A stretch of DNA of 16,031 bases from Chlamydiia bacterium (GTDB lineage: Bacteria; Chlamydiota; Chlamydiia; Chlamydiales; Parachlamydiaceae), in NCBI GenBank assembly GCA_038257035.1, contig JBBSJT010000051.1, positions 1 through 16,031 on the forward strand, read 5' to 3'. Positions 1-7,838 of this stretch are shown here, piece by piece. The notes beneath the pieces were generated by a model, which had not been told where the DNA came from, did not search any database, and saw only the letters and a program-made list of their open reading frames with translations. The first letter of the stretch is position 1. Each line of letters begins with the position of its first letter. Made by a program: the position numbers and the translations under genes.

Positions 1-183
1 AATACTTACTGTCTGTACGTTCCAGTATTTATTCGCACAAGCTGATTCTTGTATATCAATAAGTTTTAAATGAGAAAACACAAGACCAAATAGATCCTCT
101 GGTAAAGAATTTCCCCAATTCATCTGGTTTTCAATTATCGGCTGTTCAATATTTTGTTCTACATAAGGGTTTAATCTAATCAT
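1..183 (-). CDS. F-box-like protein, N-terminal part only (runs off the window)
   Basis: Manual translation from ATG at 183, with GAGGA RBS upstream: MIRLNPYVEQNIEQPIIENQMNWGNSLPEDLFGLVFSHLKLIDIQESACANKYWNVQTVSI. It has an LPxxLxxxVFSHL...C..K.W F-box pattern and resembles the N-terminus of 480..2114. Confidence 0.85.
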   Translation of the reverse strand, partial: MIRLNPYVEQNIEQPIIENQMNWGNSLPEDLFGLVFSHLKLIDIQESACANKYWNVQTVSI

Positions 184-213
184 TTATTCCTCTTTTAGTT
201 ATTATTTACCAAA

Positions 214-242
214 ATAATATCAAAAATTTATTAATATGTAAA
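214..242 (-). promoter_or_regulatory. sigma70/sigma66-type promoter for the 1..183 gene
   Basis: Minus strand TTTACA (242-237), 17 bp spacer, TGa-TATTAT (219-214). Confidence 0.55.
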
Positions 243-378
243 GTTAATTTTATTTGGGATTTATCTTTTGCGTGTTATTATTTATCTGACTATTCAACAC
301 TTGATAGTAGATCGATATTTTAGATTAGTGCACTTATAAGAAAACGTCTCCAAATTTCTTTTCCAACGAGAGGAAATT

Positions 379-447
379 AATTGTAGCATCCCTCCGCGGT
401 GCAACAGTTATTTAAAAACCGCTGCACTACAGAGTGGTGCAACAATT
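379..447. repeat. REP-doublet-like imperfect inverted repeat with 31-bp arms
   Basis: AATTGTAGCATCCCTCCGCGGTGCAACAGTT (379-409) pairs imperfectly with 417-447, whose reverse complement is AATTGTTGCACCACTCTGTAGTGCAGCGGTT. Each arm contains its own small palindrome. GC-rich patch in an AT-rich spacer. Confidence 0.7.
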
Positions 448-479
448 TAGATCCCAATTATAATGATAGAAATTTTATT

Positions 480-2114
480 TTACGACACTTCTAAAAGGGT
501 GCGTGTTCTTATTTTTTCATCGGGGATTGTATTGGCAATATTAACTGCCTGATTGTTTTGAAATTCACCCTTATAATAATGAACGGTTTTGGATTTATAC
601 ACGTACTTAGCAAGGTCGCGCAGCGTGTAACTTCTAATTTGCACATCAGGGATTTCGTTTGCAAAGTCGATCGCTTCGTCCAAGCAGCCTGTTCCCATTT
701 TTTTACAAATGAATTGAAGGGCTAAACTCTTTATTTTTAGATTATCGATGACTTTAGTAGCTTCAATTGCTTCTTCCCTAAACCCATCTTCCATAAGCTC
801 CCTTGAAATATTTAGCAAAGCATGCCATTCATCTTCGTTGGTCAATAATGTTTTGCATTCATGGATCGCCTGTAGATGAAGAACAAAATTAAAAGTCTTT
901 TTTTTCAATTCCAATTGAGGTGTTTTGCGGAGCATAGCAATTGCTTCCAAAAAACGCTCTTTTGCCGCAAGTGCAATTGAAAGACCCTCATAGGGTGTTG
1001 TACCGGCTATTAAAACAGGCATCATTTCAGATACCTCAATTGCTTTATCTAAATCACCAGCCATTGTCAATGTGTAACATAGAAAATTAATAACAGGTAC
1101 TTTATTGCGAGATTCCATCTGAAGAGTGAATTTAATAGCATCTTCCATAAACCCCACTTTGACAAGGCATTTAACTAAGGTAAGATAGGCCTCTTCAGTA
1201 GCTTGAACGTTGTATTCAACGGATTGAACATAAGCAATCAATTCCTCAATTTGTTTTTTGTCGATCGGCTCTATTCCCTCTAAAAAATAAGTTGAAATGG
1301 CTAGTACGGTACGAACTTTTGTATGCGCGCTTGTCTTGTCTTTTTTAATAAGATCCATTGCTTTACTAAATAATCCTTGTTCTGTCATTGCTTTACAGAT
1401 GGAAAAAAAAATAAGTTCATGGGCCCCATCGTGTTGAAAAAACGGAAGATGCTCCAGAGCCTTATCGAAAAGAAAACGTTTGATTAGTATCTCACAAACA
1501 GTTTTTCGGATGAGATCATTTAAGGTTTCAGAGTTTTTTGACGAAGTAATATTCATTGCTTTTTTATAGTAGCCCCATTCAGCTAATTCTTCAGCGACTT
1601 CAGAAAGATTACTTTCTGCTAAAGATAGACTATGTTTTCTCTGAATTTTAGCTAAATCAAAAATATCTCCAAAAAAACTAGGGGTTTTTTCTGGTTTTGG
1701 CATATATTTTAAATTGAGAAGTCGATCGTCATGATAATTTTTTAAAACATTTAAAATATTTTCACGAATCTCTTCAATGACCTCTTTGACTTCCATTAAA
1801 TTTTTTGCGTGAGGCATTTCTGTGCTATTTGTATGTCCCAAAAATTTATCTTTTTGATTATATTCTATTTTGTCAGCAGTTGTTCCCATCCATTCTAGGT
1901 AGGTTTTAATCAATGAAAGTTCTTCTGATTTAGCAAATGTGACGCATTCAAAGGTCCATGATTTACATGTTTTGGCCGCTTGTTGCATGCCTTCTGCATT
2001 CAAAAAACTTAAAATATGCGAAGATATTTCTAGAGGAAAATTGTTTGGCCACATTCCAACTTGCAAAGCATTTATTATCGGGTGATTATTATTTTGAATT
2101 GTTGATCTTATCAT
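480..2114 (-). CDS. F-box-like protein with C-terminal alpha-helical (TPR-like) repeats; candidate host-directed effector
   Basis: N-terminal WPNNFPLEISSHILSFLNAEGMQQAAKTCKSW F-box pattern. C-terminal repeats of the type (G..DEAI..A..IPD..IRS..L..I). Confidence 0.8.
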   Translation of the reverse strand: MIRSTIQNNNHPIINALQVGMWPNNFPLEISSHILSFLNAEGMQQAAKTCKSWTFECVTFAKSEELSLIKTYLEWMGTTADKIEYNQKDKFLGHTNSTEMPHAKNLMEVKEVIEEIRENILNVLKNYHDDRLLNLKYMPKPEKTPSFFGDIFDLAKIQRKHSLSLAESNLSEVAEELAEWGYYKKAMNITSSKNSETLNDLIRKTVCEILIKRFLFDKALEHLPFFQHDGAHELIFFSICKAMTEQGLFSKAMDLIKKDKTSAHTKVRTVLAISTYFLEGIEPIDKKQIEELIAYVQSVEYNVQATEEAYLTLVKCLVKVGFMEDAIKFTLQMESRNKVPVINFLCYTLTMAGDLDKAIEVSEMMPVLIAGTTPYEGLSIALAAKERFLEAIAMLRKTPQLELKKKTFNFVLHLQAIHECKTLLTNEDEWHALLNISRELMEDGFREEAIEATKVIDNLKIKSLALQFICKKMGTGCLDEAIDFANEIPDVQIRSYTLRDLAKYVYKSKTVHYYKGEFQNNQAVNIANTIPDEKIRTRTLLEVS

Positions 2115-2150
2115 AGGTTTCCAAAATGTTTAAATTTTTTGATGCTTTTA

Positions 2151-2373
2151 TGGGGTCAGGCTTTACAGAATTACAGTTTCCGTTACGATTTAAACAGTTA
2201 TTTCAGTGAAACTGTCATTCTGTCAATCCAGACCCCATATATCGTAATTTTTTGCTTTGTTTTTTTACGTTTAAACCAAGCGCTCATTGGGGTCTGGATT
2301 GATAATATGACAGTTTCAGATCTTAAAGCTATTAATCATAACGGAAACTGTAATATTGTAAAGCCTGACCCCA
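2151..2373. repeat. Nested palindromic element (MITE/REPIN-like): two ~86-bp inverted arms, each itself bounded by TGGGGTC...GACCCCA
   Basis: 2151-2237 and 2288-2373 are close reverse complements. Four ~30-bp terminal motifs resembling TGGGGTC(A/T)GG(C/A)TT(T/G)A(C/T)A..AT(T/G)ACAGTTTC occur in alternating orientation. Confidence 0.85.
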
Positions 2374-2452
2374 ATTATTTTTCTGACCTCTCACTGATCT
2401 CATGTCTTTCTCACTGCCTCACTGGTAAAAAATCCTAAAGCTATAGAGCTAG

Positions 2453-4279
2453 TTAGAAGATATAATCATCCGCGATTTGGCGCTTATCGTGTCCATCCAA
2501 AACATGAAAGACGCGCAATTTATTTAAGGTAATGGGCGAAAATTGGCCGATCGGCATATAGACAATTTTTTTACCAAAGCGTTTGGCAAAGCTTTTTATG
2601 ATTGATCTTGGAGGCTTTGCAGCAACATAAACGATTAAAGGCTTTACCGCATAATCGATAGCTGCAAGTAAAAGCCTTTCAGCTTTAGTTTGGCATTCAT
2701 CATAATCGGGATCATGCCAAATATCTCTCATGCGTCTTGGAGGGTAGGACATCATGAACCCGCCATATTCTGAGCGGCAAATGCCGGGGCCTACAATGTT
2801 GCCCAAACCTTTTGCGTAAAAAGACATGTCGGATTCTTGAGCATGTTCACCAAGCCAGGTCACCTTCCACGGGTAGTTTTCTTCTATCTGTTGTTCTTGG
2901 ACTTCTGGTTTTGCATCTTTATCCACAACGCCCGAATCTTCATCAAAAATCACAACGATTGAGCCAACTTCGCCTTGGGGTTTGGCTTTAACTTTTACGT
3001 AAAGTTTCTTTTCATGCCAGTGCCTGATGGTTTCCCGGGTATCAATCCCATCTTCAATGCTCGTTGTAAAAGGTTGAACTCTGGCAGATTCCTCACGAAG
3101 AAGTTCCGTGCCTTTCTTTTTCAAAAAATTTCCAAAGCGCTCGATGATCAAATCTTCTTTTGGGTAAGAGCAAATACTAAAAAGTCCTGGGGATCTAAAA
3201 CGGTATTGGGTGCGGCTTTTGGCTTGTCGATCTGTAAACCCATTTTTGCGGCTATTTTGTTTTAAATCGAAGCGCACAATTTTGCTTTTACCCCAAATGT
3301 CCTCGATGGTTAAATCAACAACGGGCAGGGAATCTAAATTTTTCTGATATTCATAGCTTGTTGCAAGAGCCCAAACTTCATAGGCGTAATTGGAATCAAC
3401 GCACAATTTTGCAGCCGTTATGATCTGAAAAAGATCGGGCATTAAACGATCATAAATGATGGCGTAATTGCGTAAAAACTTCATGATATTTCTAAAATGA
3501 TAGCTTGGGAAAGGGTTACCGCTAGATTTTTTGTAAAGTGTGGCAGCTTCTTTAAAAAGCTTGAAGATGAATTTTTGGCGATCGGAAGGGGAGTGTACTT
3601 TTCGTGATTTTTCATAGAGTGTAGAAATAAATCCGCATTCGGCCATCACATCGCGGTTGGATTTTTCTGTAAGAGCGCTAAGTGTTACAGTTTTTCTTGG
3701 GGCATGCGCAAGGGTTGGAAAGGCATTTTTTTCGGTGAGTTTTAATACATTTTCAACATGTGCCATGCCGCCAACAAATAAAATGCGATCGAATGAAAAA
3801 GAAAGCTCTTTGAGGCGCTTTGCCATATAAAGTTCCCGTTTTTCATCGATTGCGTTAGGTTTCACTTTTGATAATGCTATATTTTTATAGGCCTCGTAAT
3901 ACTTTTTAAGACCTATACGAGTGATTGAGTAAGCATCCGGTAAAAATTCTTGGCAGTCAGGGTAGTGGTCAACATCAAGATCGATGCAAAATGCAGGAAT
4001 ATTTCTTTCAAGGGCGCTTCTTAACGCCTCAAAGCCAGCATCACAAGGCTCAGCAAGGTAATAGATAGGGGAGTCATTGCTATCGTAGGCAATCACAACA
4101 CTTGTGTCGGGCAACCTTGAGGCTGCATGTATAAGTTGCAATTGCATGGTCTCGGCAAATTCAACAGCGATGCAATCTGGCTTTAATTGATTAATGAGAA
4201 GACGTACCTGCTCTGCCATTTCCATGTTATAATGAGTGATGGGTAGAGCAAAGATATTGTTTTTGTTTAAATAAAACAA
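2453..4279 (-). CDS. Conserved hypothetical protein, probable TraB/ChaN(EreA)-like N-terminal fold; likely partner of the adjacent MoxR ATPase
   Basis: 608-aa ORF with motifs PITH, PDCIAVE, IDLD, RE..MA..L and LFVGGMAH, typical of the TraB/ChaN-like fold. Starts 3 bp after the AAA gene. Confidence 0.65.
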   Translation of the reverse strand: MFYLNKNNIFALPITHYNMEMAEQVRLLINQLKPDCIAVEFAETMQLQLIHAASRLPDTSVVIAYDSNDSPIYYLAEPCDAGFEALRSALERNIPAFCIDLDVDHYPDCQEFLPDAYSITRIGLKKYYEAYKNIALSKVKPNAIDEKRELYMAKRLKELSFSFDRILFVGGMAHVENVLKLTEKNAFPTLAHAPRKTVTLSALTEKSNRDVMAECGFISTLYEKSRKVHSPSDRQKFIFKLFKEAATLYKKSSGNPFPSYHFRNIMKFLRNYAIIYDRLMPDLFQIITAAKLCVDSNYAYEVWALATSYEYQKNLDSLPVVDLTIEDIWGKSKIVRFDLKQNSRKNGFTDRQAKSRTQYRFRSPGLFSICSYPKEDLIIERFGNFLKKKGTELLREESARVQPFTTSIEDGIDTRETIRHWHEKKLYVKVKAKPQGEVGSIVVIFDEDSGVVDKDAKPEVQEQQIEENYPWKVTWLGEHAQESDMSFYAKGLGNIVGPGICRSEYGGFMMSYPPRRMRDIWHDPDYDECQTKAERLLLAAIDYAVKPLIVYVAAKPPRSIIKSFAKRFGKKIVYMPIGQFSPITLNKLRVFHVLDGHDKRQIADDYIF

Positions 4280-4282
4280 AAT

Positions 4283-5146
4283 CTACCTATTGTCCATCAT
4301 ATAAAGTAAAGCTTCATCACCAAGTGTCATCAAGACTGCTTGTCTTAAAATGCCTTCAAAATTTTTATAGTCAGAACCTGTACTTTTGATTCTTTTTGCA
4401 GCGTAGCGTGCAATGTTAATACCGTCGCGAATGGTGTAATTTTCATTTCCTGCATGTGCTTTTTGTAAAAAATTGACCACGTAATCCATAATGTGTTCAT
4501 CAACAAAGGGAAGATTTTCACGCAAAATACGTTTTTCTTCTTCGGCTTCAGGAAAATCCAAATAAATTTGCGGTTGCAAGCGGCTGTGAATATATTCAGG
4601 AATCTCAAACGTTGAAGCATCATCATTCATGGTGGCACAAATTCGAAATTCGGGATGTGCCGTGATTTTTAATCCCGCAACGATCGATTCAATGTAACGA
4701 CGCGTATCAAGAAGGGGAGCAAGTGATGCCCAGGATTTTTCACTCATACGGTTGCCTTCGTCCAAAATGCAGACGCCGCCACGGATCATGGCCGTAACAA
4801 GTGCAGAGGCTACATAACGGATGCCGCCTGCTTTATCAATGACCGGCGTAATGAGTAAGTCTTCCGGTCTTGTGTCCATTGTGCATTGAAAAATGTAAAC
4901 TTCCTTTTCTAATTTTTTGGCAGCGGCATAAGCCAAAGTTGTTTTACCAACCCCCGGTTTTCCAATCAGGCGGGGATTTAAAGGGATGTCCCTGTCATCG
5001 ATCACAAGCCAAGCTGCAAGTAACTGATTTAAAACATCTTGCTGTCCGATCCACTCAAATTGAAAAACGTCCGGGAAACCAAGGGCAATTTCAACGCCTT
5101 GAATATTAATTTTGCTTTCGTGTTCGTTAGGTAGCGGGTGATTCAT
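4283..5146 (-). CDS. MoxR-family AAA+ ATPase (AAA_5 / CbbQ-NirQ-like)
   Basis: Walker A GKPGVGKT, Walker B CILDEGNR, sensor HPEFRICATMN, and SRL arginine finger. Confidence 0.9.
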   Translation of the reverse strand: MNHPLPNEHESKINIQGVEIALGFPDVFQFEWIGQQDVLNQLLAAWLVIDDRDIPLNPRLIGKPGVGKTTLAYAAAKKLEKEVYIFQCTMDTRPEDLLITPVIDKAGGIRYVASALVTAMIRGGVCILDEGNRMSEKSWASLAPLLDTRRYIESIVAGLKITAHPEFRICATMNDDASTFEIPEYIHSRLQPQIYLDFPEAEEEKRILRENLPFVDEHIMDYVVNFLQKAHAGNENYTIRDGINIARYAAKRIKSTGSDYKNFEGILRQAVLMTLGDEALLYMMDNR

Positions 5147-5153
5147 TATTTTC

Positions 5154-5888
5154 CTATCTTTTGGATGCTTTGTCTGAGCCGAATTTAAGTCCTGCTCTTG
5201 CGATATTTTCTCGTGCGTTAGGATAAAGGGTTTCTATATGTTTTAAAAGATCTTCCGTAACTTTGCGCATGGAATTTTGCCCGACAGGACATCTGCACAT
5301 AATGCGCATGAAGCCTTGCTGTTTTGCAAAATTAGTTATATCTTGTTCATTCACATAAATCAATGGCCGAATGATTGTGATTCCATAATCTACCATATGA
5401 ATTTTTGGCAAAGTCCCTGCAAATTCAGCTTTATGAAAAAGATTCATCATCACGGTTTGTGCCTGATCATCCAAAGTGTGTCCAAAGGCAATTGTTGTGG
5501 CACCAACAGAAAGTGCTGCATCAAAAAGCAGTTTACGTCTTTCTCGTGAGCAATTGTAACATTCAAGCGTTTCTAGTTTCTGGGTGGATTCACGGATGTG
5601 AAGCGGCACTTCAAGTTCATCGCATATGCCTTTTAAATAATTTTGATTTACACCGGCCCCACACGAAAAATCTCCGCTTACATGGACAGCTTCCATGTCC
5701 AAAACAGGAAACCCACGACCCGATATGGCTTTTAAAAGATAAAGTAGACTTAACGAATCTTTGCCCCCGCTCAAGGCAATTGCAATTTTTGAGACATCTT
5801 TTAACATCTCATAGTCATAAAGTGCTTTTCTTAGTGTGCTTTCTAATTTTTTGGCAAGGCCTGTATGGGCCAGATTAGTTCTTGTCAT
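5154..5888 (-). CDS. ttcA: tRNA 2-thiocytidine(32) synthetase, TtcA family (PP-loop ATPase)
   Basis: PP-loop ALSGGKDS, CYNCSRERR (CxxC), GHTLDD, IIRPL, and C-terminal CRCP. Confidence 0.85.
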   Translation of the reverse strand: MTRTNLAHTGLAKKLESTLRKALYDYEMLKDVSKIAIALSGGKDSLSLLYLLKAISGRGFPVLDMEAVHVSGDFSCGAGVNQNYLKGICDELEVPLHIRESTQKLETLECYNCSRERRKLLFDAALSVGATTIAFGHTLDDQAQTVMMNLFHKAEFAGTLPKIHMVDYGITIIRPLIYVNEQDITNFAKQQGFMRIMCRCPVGQNSMRKVTEDLLKHIETLYPNARENIARAGLKFGSDKASKR

Positions 5889-5954
5889 TTTGATCTTACT
5901 TAAAAAAGGATGAATTGATTATGATAAAGAAAACTTTTATTTAATTAAAGAGGG

Positions 5955-6182
5955 ATGATGAATAAAAAAATTGGACGTAACGATCCTTGTCCTTGCGGAT
6001 CAGGAAAAAAATATAAACAATGTTGTTTTTTGACGAAGGGCGGCCAGGGTGTAAAAAGAAAATTAACAGCTAAATGGATCAATCAGCCAAAACCAACAGA
6101 TTTGATGGAAAGAACGTTTGGCGCTGCAATTAAAGAAATGGAAAAACATTCCGAAGTAAAACCTGACGATAAAAAGGAATAA
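5955..6182 (+). CDS. SEC-C motif zinc-binding small protein
   Basis: [27 protein letters not shown] upstream. Confidence 0.9.
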   Translation: MMNKKIGRNDPCPCGSGKKYKQCCFLTKGGQGVKRKLTAKWINQPKPTDLMERTFGAAIKEMEKHSEVKPDDKKE

Positions 6183-6194
6183 AAAAACTTGCTC

Positions 6195-6218
6195 AAAACC
6201 CCTCTTAAACGGGGTTTT
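6195..6218 (+). terminator. Intrinsic terminator-like hairpin after the SEC-C gene
   Basis: AAAACCCC-tcttaaac-GGGGTTTT. Confidence 0.55.
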
Positions 6219-6249
6219 AACATTATTTTACTTTTTTATAAAAAAATAC

Positions 6250-6279
6250 TTGTGCCGAAAAATAAGAATTTGCTATAAC
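6250..6279 (+). promoter_or_regulatory. Probable tRNA operon promoter
   Basis: TTGTGC (6250-6255), 18 bp spacer, TGc-TATAAC (6274-6279), ~30 bp before tRNA-Thr. Confidence 0.45.
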
Positions 6280-6309
6280 CTACCCTTCAACAAGTGAATA
6301 ACTTGTTAC

Positions 6310-6382
6310 GCTGACATAGCACAGTTGGTAGTGCACCTGATTTGTAATCAGGGGGTCGTGAGTTCGAGTCTTACTGTCAGCA
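6310..6382 (+). tRNA. tRNA-Thr(TGT)
   Basis: Acceptor stem GCTGACA/TGTCAGC-A, anticodon arm CCTGA-TT-TGT-AA-TCAGG, T-loop GTTCGAGTC. CCA not encoded. Confidence 0.97.
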
Positions 6383-6389
6383 ATTTCTC

Positions 6390-6471
6390 GGGGGTATCGC
6401 CTAGCGGCAATGGCAAGAGACTGTAAATCTCTCGACTTCGGTCTGCGTTGGTTCGAGTCCAACTGCCCCCA
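6390..6471 (+). tRNA. tRNA-Tyr(GTA)
   Basis: Acceptor stem GGGGGTA/TGCCCCC-A, anticodon arm AGAGA-CT-GTA-AA-TCTCT, long variable arm GAC-TTCG-GTC, T-loop GTTCGAGTC. Confidence 0.97.
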
Positions 6472-6491
6472 TATTTCATTCAAAGGCTATT

Positions 6492-6516
6492 TCGGTTGAT
6501 TAAACTAGTCAACCGA
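6492..6516 (+). terminator. Stem-loop downstream of tRNA-Tyr
   Basis: TCGGTTGA-ttaaactag-TCAACCGA. No clear U-tract. Confidence 0.45.
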
Positions 6517-6536
6517 TCTCATCCAAAAAGCGGGTT

Positions 6537-6645
6537 TTCCCCACTTTTACCCCACTTGTCCACAACACATAACAATAATTAGCAAAAGACTAAAAACATG
6601 TGTGTTGATGACAAATTACTATTTTACTGGGGTAAAAGTGGGGAA
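6537..6645. repeat. 18-bp perfect inverted repeat upstream of the integrase; candidate integrase arm-type binding sites
   Basis: TTCCCCACTTTTACCCCA (6537-6554) and TGGGGTAAAAGTGGGGAA (6628-6645). CCCCACTT is repeated at 6539 and 6550. Inner partial pairing TTGTC..CAACACA / TGTGTTG..GACAA. Confidence 0.8.
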
Positions 6646-6769
6646 TTCGCGTATTATCTCCCTTCTAAATTTATCAATCTCCGAGAGATTCTTAAGTTTG
6701 CGTCAAGAGAATATGAATCTCTTGTCCGTAATTTTTCAATGAAAATTAAGCAAGAAGAAGGGTTATAAT

Positions 6770-7831
6770 ATGGCATCAATCAAAGAACTTCCGGATAAAG
6801 ATGGTAAGACACGTTATCACGTTCAGATAAGAATAAAAGGATTTCCTCCGCAATACGGTTCATTTAAACCTAAAACGGATGCTGACAGATGGATTCAACA
6901 AACTGAATCTGCTATCCGAGAAGGTCGACACTTTAAAACTACAGAATCTAAAAAACATACTCTTGGCGATTTAATTGATCGCTACATTCGAGATATTCTT
7001 CCCACTAAGAAAAAAGTAGAAGAGAAGCAAAAAACTCAATTACTTTGGTGGAAAAAACAAATCGGCACTTACTTGTTATCAGACGTGACTTCTTCTATGA
7101 TTGCCGAACAAAGAGATGTTCTTCTTCGTGAAACAACTACAAGAAAAACCCTCCGCAGCCCTTCTACCGTAGTTCGATACCTAGCAGCGCTTTCACATGC
7201 TTTCACAATTGCCGTTAAAGAATGGGGATGGATTGAAGATTCTCCCACAAGAAAAGTGTCAAAGCCACGTGAACCACGCGGTAGGGTAAGGTTTCTTGAT
7301 GAGAAAGAAAGGCTAAAGCTCCTCGAGGCGTGCAAACAGAGTACAAATAGCTATCTATACACAATTGTTGTTCTTGCTCTCTCAACAGGAATGCGACAAG
7401 CAGAAATACTCAATCTTAAGTGGAGATCGGATGTAGATTTGGAAAGGGGTCGGGTTATTTTGCATGAAACTAAAAATGGAGATATTCGTCAGATCGCTAT
7501 AAAAGGCCATGCACTTAAACTTTTAAAAGATCTAGATAAAGTTCGCCGCTTAGACACTCAACTTCTATTCCCCGGAAAGTATCCCAAAAAGCCAGTCAAA
7601 ATACGTTCTGCATGGGAGAATGCTGTTAAAAATGCAGGCCTTACCAATCTGCGTTTTCATGATTTAAGGCATTGCTGTGCCTCATACCTCGCCATGAATT
7701 CAGCAAGCCTTGCAGAAATTGCCGAAGTGCTGGGTCATAAAACCCTTGCGATGGTTAAACGCTACGCGCACCTATCGGACAGTCATACCGCCGATGTTGT
7801 ATCTAAAATGAACGAGAAAATTTTTGGGTAA
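6770..7831 (+). CDS. int: Tyrosine recombinase / phage-type integrase, intact
   Basis: Full catalytic set: STGMRQAE (R), ETKNG (K), FHDLRH (HxxR), LGHK (H), KRYAH (Y). N-terminal arm-binding-like segment RYHVQIRIKG. Confidence 0.95.
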   Translation: MASIKELPDKDGKTRYHVQIRIKGFPPQYGSFKPKTDADRWIQQTESAIREGRHFKTTESKKHTLGDLIDRYIRDILPTKKKVEEKQKTQLLWWKKQIGTYLLSDVTSSMIAEQRDVLLRETTTRKTLRSPSTVVRYLAALSHAFTIAVKEWGWIEDSPTRKVSKPREPRGRVRFLDEKERLKLLEACKQSTNSYLYTIVVLALSTGMRQAEILNLKWRSDVDLERGRVILHETKNGDIRQIAIKGHALKLLKDLDKVRRLDTQLLFPGKYPKKPVKIRSAWENAVKNAGLTNLRFHDLRHCCASYLAMNSASLAEIAEVLGHKTLAMVKRYAHLSDSHTADVVSKMNEKIFG

Positions 7832-7838
7832 ATATTTT

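Noticed and set aside
2383..2424. CTCACTG heptamer repeated three times
   Set aside because: Too short and irregular to support a functional call.
2139..2438. 99-aa plus-strand ORF
   Set aside because: Lies across the nested palindromic repeat, with no RBS or protein motif.
2975..5878. Shadow ORFs 2975..3265, 4345..4626, 4870..5109, 5277..5549 and 5405..5878
   Set aside because: Antisense or out-of-frame overlaps of well-supported genes.
6280..6483. 67-aa minus-strand ORF
   Set aside because: It is the reverse complement of the two tRNA genes.
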